A DNA stretch of 64,000 nt from an uncultured bacterium (GTDB taxonomy: Bacteria > Babelota > Babeliae > Babelales > Babelaceae), in contig CAWFXL010000001.1 of the NCBI GenBank assembly GCA_963819815.1, positions 192,001-256,000 of the forward strand. The letters run 5' to 3'. The first letter of the stretch is position 1. Every line of letters starts with the position of its first letter. Both the position numbers and the translations under genes were made by a program. The notes beneath the pieces were generated by a model. It was not told the origin of the DNA. It made no database searches and worked only from the letters and a program-made list of their open reading frames with translations. This document shows positions 59,351 through 64,000 of this stretch, piece by piece.

Positions 59351-62300
59351 ATGAAGAAACAGCTTTTATTATCGCTCAGTGCGATATGCTATATGATGAG
59401 TAGTTTTGCGCAGGGTCCCTTGCGTATTTCGCAGATTGATGTGAACCCGGCGATTTGTGCTGCAGGCGGCAGCAGTCCAACGAACACACAGATTCTCGTC
59501 GTTGCCGATGGTGGTGTGCCTTTCGCCGACGGTACGTATCACTATTTTCTGAATGGGTCACCTGTGTTTAATACGAGTGGGGTTTTTAGTGTGCCACTCG
59601 GAACAAGCATTAATATCTCAGTTGCGGACTCATTGACGACCCTATCTGGTATTTCTCTTAATAATCTAGGATCAGATTTTACCTTTTATAGTGTGAGTAT
59701 AGACCCGGTAACTAATTGTCTGGTAAATAATGGGGCCGTTACGGTGGTAACCGAAGGTACATCGAGGCCGGTCTTTACTCTCGCATCTCCTGCCACGGGT
59801 CATGTAAACCAGCCTACTGGCGTGTTTACCGGATTACCTGCAGAAGGCGTCACTATTACCTTTTTTGATGAACTAGGTAAATGTACCAACCCAGCACTTG
59901 GTGGTAACCCAAACTCCGTTACCGTGCCGATTGCTGACTTTCCTGTAGAAATAGTTAACCCATCAGCTACAGGGGCACCTCTAGAAGGCGTAGCACCTGT
60001 ATGCAGTGGCACCAGCGACGGATTCTTAGAATTTACGATCATAGGTGGAAATCCTCCCTATTTAGCATGTCTTACTCCAACTATTGCTGAAGAGACTCAG
60101 CCGAGCGATCCTTCAAGAGTATGCACATTAACTGATTGTGGAACTTGTGGAACAGGTTTTATAGGCGGCCTTTCCAGTGGTACCTACACACTTAGTGTCT
60201 CAGATGCAAATGGGTGTGCAGCTACTAACAACCAATTACCGGTTGTTATTCCATCGGGTAAAATAACTATTGATACTACTACAAGTACTACAACAGTAAC
60301 CCCTTGTTTTAATCAAGCTAACGGTACTTTAGAGGTAAACGTAGATACTATTCAAGCTCCTACAACGGTGACAATCACTGGCCCGGTAACAAGGACTTCA
60401 TCTCCTCAGTCCACAAATCCATTTATATTTGCTAACATTCCGGGCGGCACCTATCAAGTTTCGGCAACAGATGGAACCAATTGTGCGATAGCATCATTAA
60501 CAGTTCCTGTTTCAGGTCCTATCTCATTTACCTATTCTACTATTGATGCTGATAAGGTAGTTATTGCAGCTACGAGAGCTAATGTGGGACAGCCTACATG
60601 TTCAAACAAACAGGGGCTCATAATTATTGATAGCGTATTTCCAAACGACGGTTCTGTGAAGTTTTTTTCATTAGATGGTCATCCATTTGAAGAGTTTCAA
60701 GGTACGTCAACCTTTCAGCCTCCACTTGAAATCTGTGCAGATCCAGGATTTCATACGCTTACGTTAGCATTTGATGATTTGGGAGTATGTACTTCTCAAA
60801 CAGTAACCGTATTTGTCGGCACATCGCAGATTACCTTTACTCCAGTGGTGACAAATGCGCCCTGTTTTAATGGTAGTGCGACGACTGACTCTAATTTTGA
60901 TGGTAATGGAACAATTAAAGTCACAGGTATAAGTGGTGGTACTCCTGATCCTATTACTGACCTTTATTCCTTCTCAATAGGAACAGCAGCCGGATTTATA
61001 ACAACCGATAAGACGTTTACCGTCCCTGCGGGTACCTATGAGGTGACCATAAAAGACCATAACGGGTTTTTCTCAGATCCGCAAATTGTTACGGTTGAGC
61101 CGCAAAGTGAAATTATTCTCTCATTTGATGTATTAACCCCGATTAGCTGTCCAGGCAGTGCTACCGGTGTGATAACCGTGACAGCAACTGGCGGTAGTGG
61201 TTCGTATTTCTTTTCTCTAGATGGGACCCAGGGTACCTTTACTACTACTCCAGGAACCACATTTACTTCTCTACCTACAGCGGCTGGAACTTATTCTCTG
61301 GTTGCAAAGGATGCGGTGAATGGTTGTTTCTCAAGAACCCAACAGCTGGTGTTACAAGATGCGGCTCCAATGCTTATTACATATACGACCTCACAATCTG
61401 CGTGTAATAGTACCACTAGTACAGGAGATATAAGTATATCAAATATTTCGGGCGGCTTACCCCCATATACTGCTATAATTGATGGTCTTAGTTTCACTAC
61501 CAAATTTGGTCCCGGGACCACAAACCCATTTCCGACTGTAATTACTTCAAATCTTGCTCCCGGTTTCCATACGCTTACTATCCAAGATAGTAACAATCCA
61601 GCCTGTTCATCTCCAACGATTGAATTTGAGATACAGCCGGTCGTTATTTCGATAATTAATCCACCTAAGACTACCAACCTGACCTGCTTTAATTCTAATG
61701 ACGGAACTATAACGGTGAATACCGAAGATGTAACTGGTGGTACTTTATTCCCGCCAAATAGTGTTACACCATTTCCGCATTACGAGTATTCTATTGGGCT
61801 TGGAGATTTTATAGATACGGGTAATGCAACAGCGCCGGATTCATTTACAGACCTGCCTGCAGGCATCTATCCTGTTACAGTAATGGATGCTAATGGCTGT
61901 ACTTCAGAGCAAGAATTTGTTGTACTTACTCAACCAGCTCCAGTAACCTTCTCATTTGATGTAACTACCCCAATTCTATGTCCAGGGGGTACCGGTACCG
62001 TAACTATCTTTAACCCTCAGGGTGGTAGTGGAACCGGCTTTCAGTTTTCTATAGATGGTGGTACAGTCTTCGCTTCATTCTCGAACGATCCTGTCACTGG
62101 AAAACCGACAGGAAAGGCGACCCTTGCTGCCGGTACGTACACCCTCGTGGTGACGGACAGTAATGCCTGTCTTTCAACCATCCAAGAGCTTGTATTACAA
62201 GATCCTCAACAAATGGGAGTTGCGTTCACAACAACTCCAGCAACCTGCAAAACTGGTAATGCAGGTACTATAAAAATAACAGGGGTCCTTGATGGAAACG

Positions 62301-63430
62301 TGGGCCTTACTGATAAGACAACACCACCGGCGAACTTTACCTTTACTACGGTTGGGGTAAATCAAACCTTTACCGATAAAGGTATTCCGCCAGTTGTGAT
62401 AAATAGTGCTAACGGCGGTCCGGGGACCGTTCCTCCTGGTACCTATACGATTACCGTAACAGATGCTAATGGTTGCGTATCTCCTTCTGTTACCGCAGAG
62501 GTTGAACAATTTGGGCCACCTATTGTTGATTTTGAAGTAGGTGAAGTGACTGCTAACGCTGGATCTGATGGTTCAATAACGATACATGCGGTGACCAACT
62601 TTGGTCCAGTTGTTGCGCCGGGCAAAATTACATTTAATGTTGGAAACGGGGCGACAACAGATACCGATGTACCTGGTACTGTTTCCATGCTTGATGCTGG
62701 CGTCTATGAAGTGACGGTAACAAACACTACAACAGGATGTCAATCTACCTTTGAAGTGGAAGTAACAGAACCAACACGAACAAGGATTGTCGGAACCATT
62801 TCAGTGGCTGCAACGACGGGCAGTAGCAATGGATGCTTGACGGTTCTTACCGAGTCAACTGCACCACTTCTTTACTCACTTATCTCAATTGAGGGAGAAA
62901 TAGACATAGAGGATCAGATTTCACCGCTCTTCTCAGGCTTGAAAAAAGGCTTCTATACCCTTAAGGTAAAACCAAGGTTTACAGGGACTACTCCTCCGCT
63001 TGGAGACACATTGCGTACTCCGCCTGCCATTGAACCGGATGGACAAGGTAATGAGGCTTTCGGTATTGGGGTTGTCGATGAAGCCTCTGCGATTACGGCA
63101 ACAGCGATAGTAACTCCTATCGATTGCAGTACCGGGCTCGGAGGCTCTATAACGGTAGTTGCCTCTGGTGGAGGTGCACCGTCAACGTGCAATTGTGCAG
63201 TAGGCTTATCGTTCTCGCTCAATGGAGGTGAATTCCAGTCATCTCCCGTGTTTAACAATGTTACTACGACAAATAATATAGTTACGATACAGGATGCTGA
63301 CTGTCATACCACCAGCATAGCTGTTACTGTTCCTATAGTACGGGTACCAAATAACAATCCGATATTTAATTTCTTGGCTAAATATTGCAAAAGTACAGGA
63401 AGTTGTGCTGTTGCTACTACTAAGCCATAA
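59351..63430 (+). CDS. Large exported SprB-repeat-like Cys/Thr-rich surface protein
   Basis: Repeats of C..G.I.V..GG..PY.YS...L.AG.Y.V.V.DANGC; signal peptide MKKQLLL after AAAAGGAG; ends NPIFNFLAKYC... Confidence 0.88.
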   Translation: MKKQLLLSLSAICYMMSSFAQGPLRISQIDVNPAICAAGGSSPTNTQILVVADGGVPFADGTYHYFLNGSPVFNTSGVFSVPLGTSINISVADSLTTLSGISLNNLGSDFTFYSVSIDPVTNCLVNNGAVTVVTEGTSRPVFTLASPATGHVNQPTGVFTGLPAEGVTITFFDELGKCTNPALGGNPNSVTVPIADFPVEIVNPSATGAPLEGVAPVCSGTSDGFLEFTIIGGNPPYLACLTPTIAEETQPSDPSRVCTLTDCGTCGTGFIGGLSSGTYTLSVSDANGCAATNNQLPVVIPSGKITIDTTTSTTTVTPCFNQANGTLEVNVDTIQAPTTVTITGPVTRTSSPQSTNPFIFANIPGGTYQVSATDGTNCAIASLTVPVSGPISFTYSTIDADKVVIAATRANVGQPTCSNKQGLIIIDSVFPNDGSVKFFSLDGHPFEEFQGTSTFQPPLEICADPGFHTLTLAFDDLGVCTSQTVTVFVGTSQITFTPVVTNAPCFNGSATTDSNFDGNGTIKVTGISGGTPDPITDLYSFSIGTAAGFITTDKTFTVPAGTYEVTIKDHNGFFSDPQIVTVEPQSEIILSFDVLTPISCPGSATGVITVTATGGSGSYFFSLDGTQGTFTTTPGTTFTSLPTAAGTYSLVAKDAVNGCFSRTQQLVLQDAAPMLITYTTSQSACNSTTSTGDISISNISGGLPPYTAIIDGLSFTTKFGPGTTNPFPTVITSNLAPGFHTLTIQDSNNPACSSPTIEFEIQPVVISIINPPKTTNLTCFNSNDGTITVNTEDVTGGTLFPPNSVTPFPHYEYSIGLGDFIDTGNATAPDSFTDLPAGIYPVTVMDANGCTSEQEFVVLTQPAPVTFSFDVTTPILCPGGTGTVTIFNPQGGSGTGFQFSIDGGTVFASFSNDPVTGKPTGKATLAAGTYTLVVTDSNACLSTIQELVLQDPQQMGVAFTTTPATCKTGNAGTIKITGVLDGNVGLTDKTTPPANFTFTTVGVNQTFTDKGIPPVVINSANGGPGTVPPGTYTITVTDANGCVSPSVTAEVEQFGPPIVDFEVGEVTANAGSDGSITIHAVTNFGPVVAPGKITFNVGNGATTDTDVPGTVSMLDAGVYEVTVTNTTTGCQSTFEVEVTEPTRTRIVGTISVAATTGSSNGCLTVLTESTAPLLYSLISIEGEIDIEDQISPLFSGLKKGFYTLKVKPRFTGTTPPLGDTLRTPPAIEPDGQGNEAFGIGVVDEASAITATAIVTPIDCSTGLGGSITVVASGGGAPSTCNCAVGLSFSLNGGEFQSSPVFNNVTTTNNIVTIQDADCHTTSIAVTVPIVRVPNNNPIFNFLAKYCKSTGSCAVATTKP

Positions 63431-63453
63431 TAGAATAAGAATATCATGAGAGC

Positions 63454-63487
63454 TGAGGGTCCGCATAGTCGGGCCCTCAACCTTTTC
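63454..63487 (+). terminator. Intrinsic terminator-like hairpin
   Basis: TGAGGGTCCG-6 nt-CGGGCCCTCA followed by ACCTTTTC. Confidence 0.65.
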
Positions 63488-63544
63488 TTGATTAGAATAT
63501 ACTAATGGCATATGCTTAGGGCTACGAATAGTGAGGATACCTCT

Positions 63545-64000
63545 ATGGATCTAACATTTAGTAGTAGTCAACATTTGAAGAACTTTCTTGCATCGCTTGA
63601 TATACGGCAGTCTTCTAAGCTTACGTATCAACGCCAATTAAAGGAGTTCTTTGGCTGGTGTAAGAGGAATACTATTCTTGCTTATGACCGTGAAGCACTG
63701 CTTGCCTATAAGCTTCATCTTTCTAAAGATCGCTCATTAGCAGCCTTTACGATATCGGGATACCTAACTGCTGTACGAAGATATTTTGAATGGCTTGAGG
63801 TCTACCACCAGCAACCTAATGTAGCGCGAGGTATAAAAGGTCCCAGTCGAAAAAGGGGCTTTAAAAAAGATTGCCTTACTATTGATCAAGTTAAAAAGAT
63901 GCTTACCTCTATCGATAGATCTTCATTGACTGGTAAACGTGACTTTGCGATGGTGAATCTGATGGTACGAACTGGATTGCGGACTATTGAGATTGCTCGT
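63545..64000 (+). CDS. Tyrosine recombinase/integrase (XerC/D-like), truncated by the window edge
   Basis: Own translation: SAM-like N-domain (TISGYLTAVRRYFEWL), LTIDQVKKML, KRDFAMVNLMVRTGLRTIEI (box I Arg); GAGGA RBS. Confidence 0.92.
   Translation, partial: MDLTFSSSQHLKNFLASLDIRQSSKLTYQRQLKEFFGWCKRNTILAYDREALLAYKLHLSKDRSLAAFTISGYLTAVRRYFEWLEVYHQQPNVARGIKGPSRKRGFKKDCLTIDQVKKMLTSIDRSSLTGKRDFAMVNLMVRTGLRTIEIAR

Overview
Bacterial chromosomal window of roughly 40% GC, read with the standard code. It carries housekeeping genes (dnaA, tlyA, an RluB/RsuA pseudouridine synthase, pgk, rpiB, trxB, pepA, ftsW, a LolC/E-type permease, two tRNA-Arg). These sit among many signal-peptide-bearing hypothetical, ankyrin and eukaryote-like proteins. 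The gene content suggests an intracellular parasite of protists, most plausibly Ca. Dependentiae/Babelota (TM6); this is inference only. Main observations: (1) Three stand-alone AAA-ATPase genes with PD-(D/E)XK-type C-termini each have their own upstream array of inverted repeats, and two of them lie in ~1.83-1.84 kb units bounded by 52-64 bp direct repeats. They may be self-regulating, insertion-like modules. (2) A short motif, NP[IL]xx[YF][IL]x(1-2)KYC, is shared by three exported beta-rich proteins and sits where an SprB-like adhesin would normally carry its type IX secretion tail. It is a candidate new sorting or anchoring signal. (3) Candidate host-targeting enzymes include a RING-H2 protein with a 196-aa insertion split by a frameshift, a Josephin-like cysteine protease, a kinase-like protein, a Nudix hydrolase, a PI-PLC-like protein and proteins with NLS-like tails. 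(4) There are several single-base frameshifts, tandem paralog families, a PGK with altered catalytic motifs and a membrane-anchored TrxR-Trx fusion. A tyrosine recombinase begins at the right edge. All family calls are from motifs read by eye; no database searches were run.
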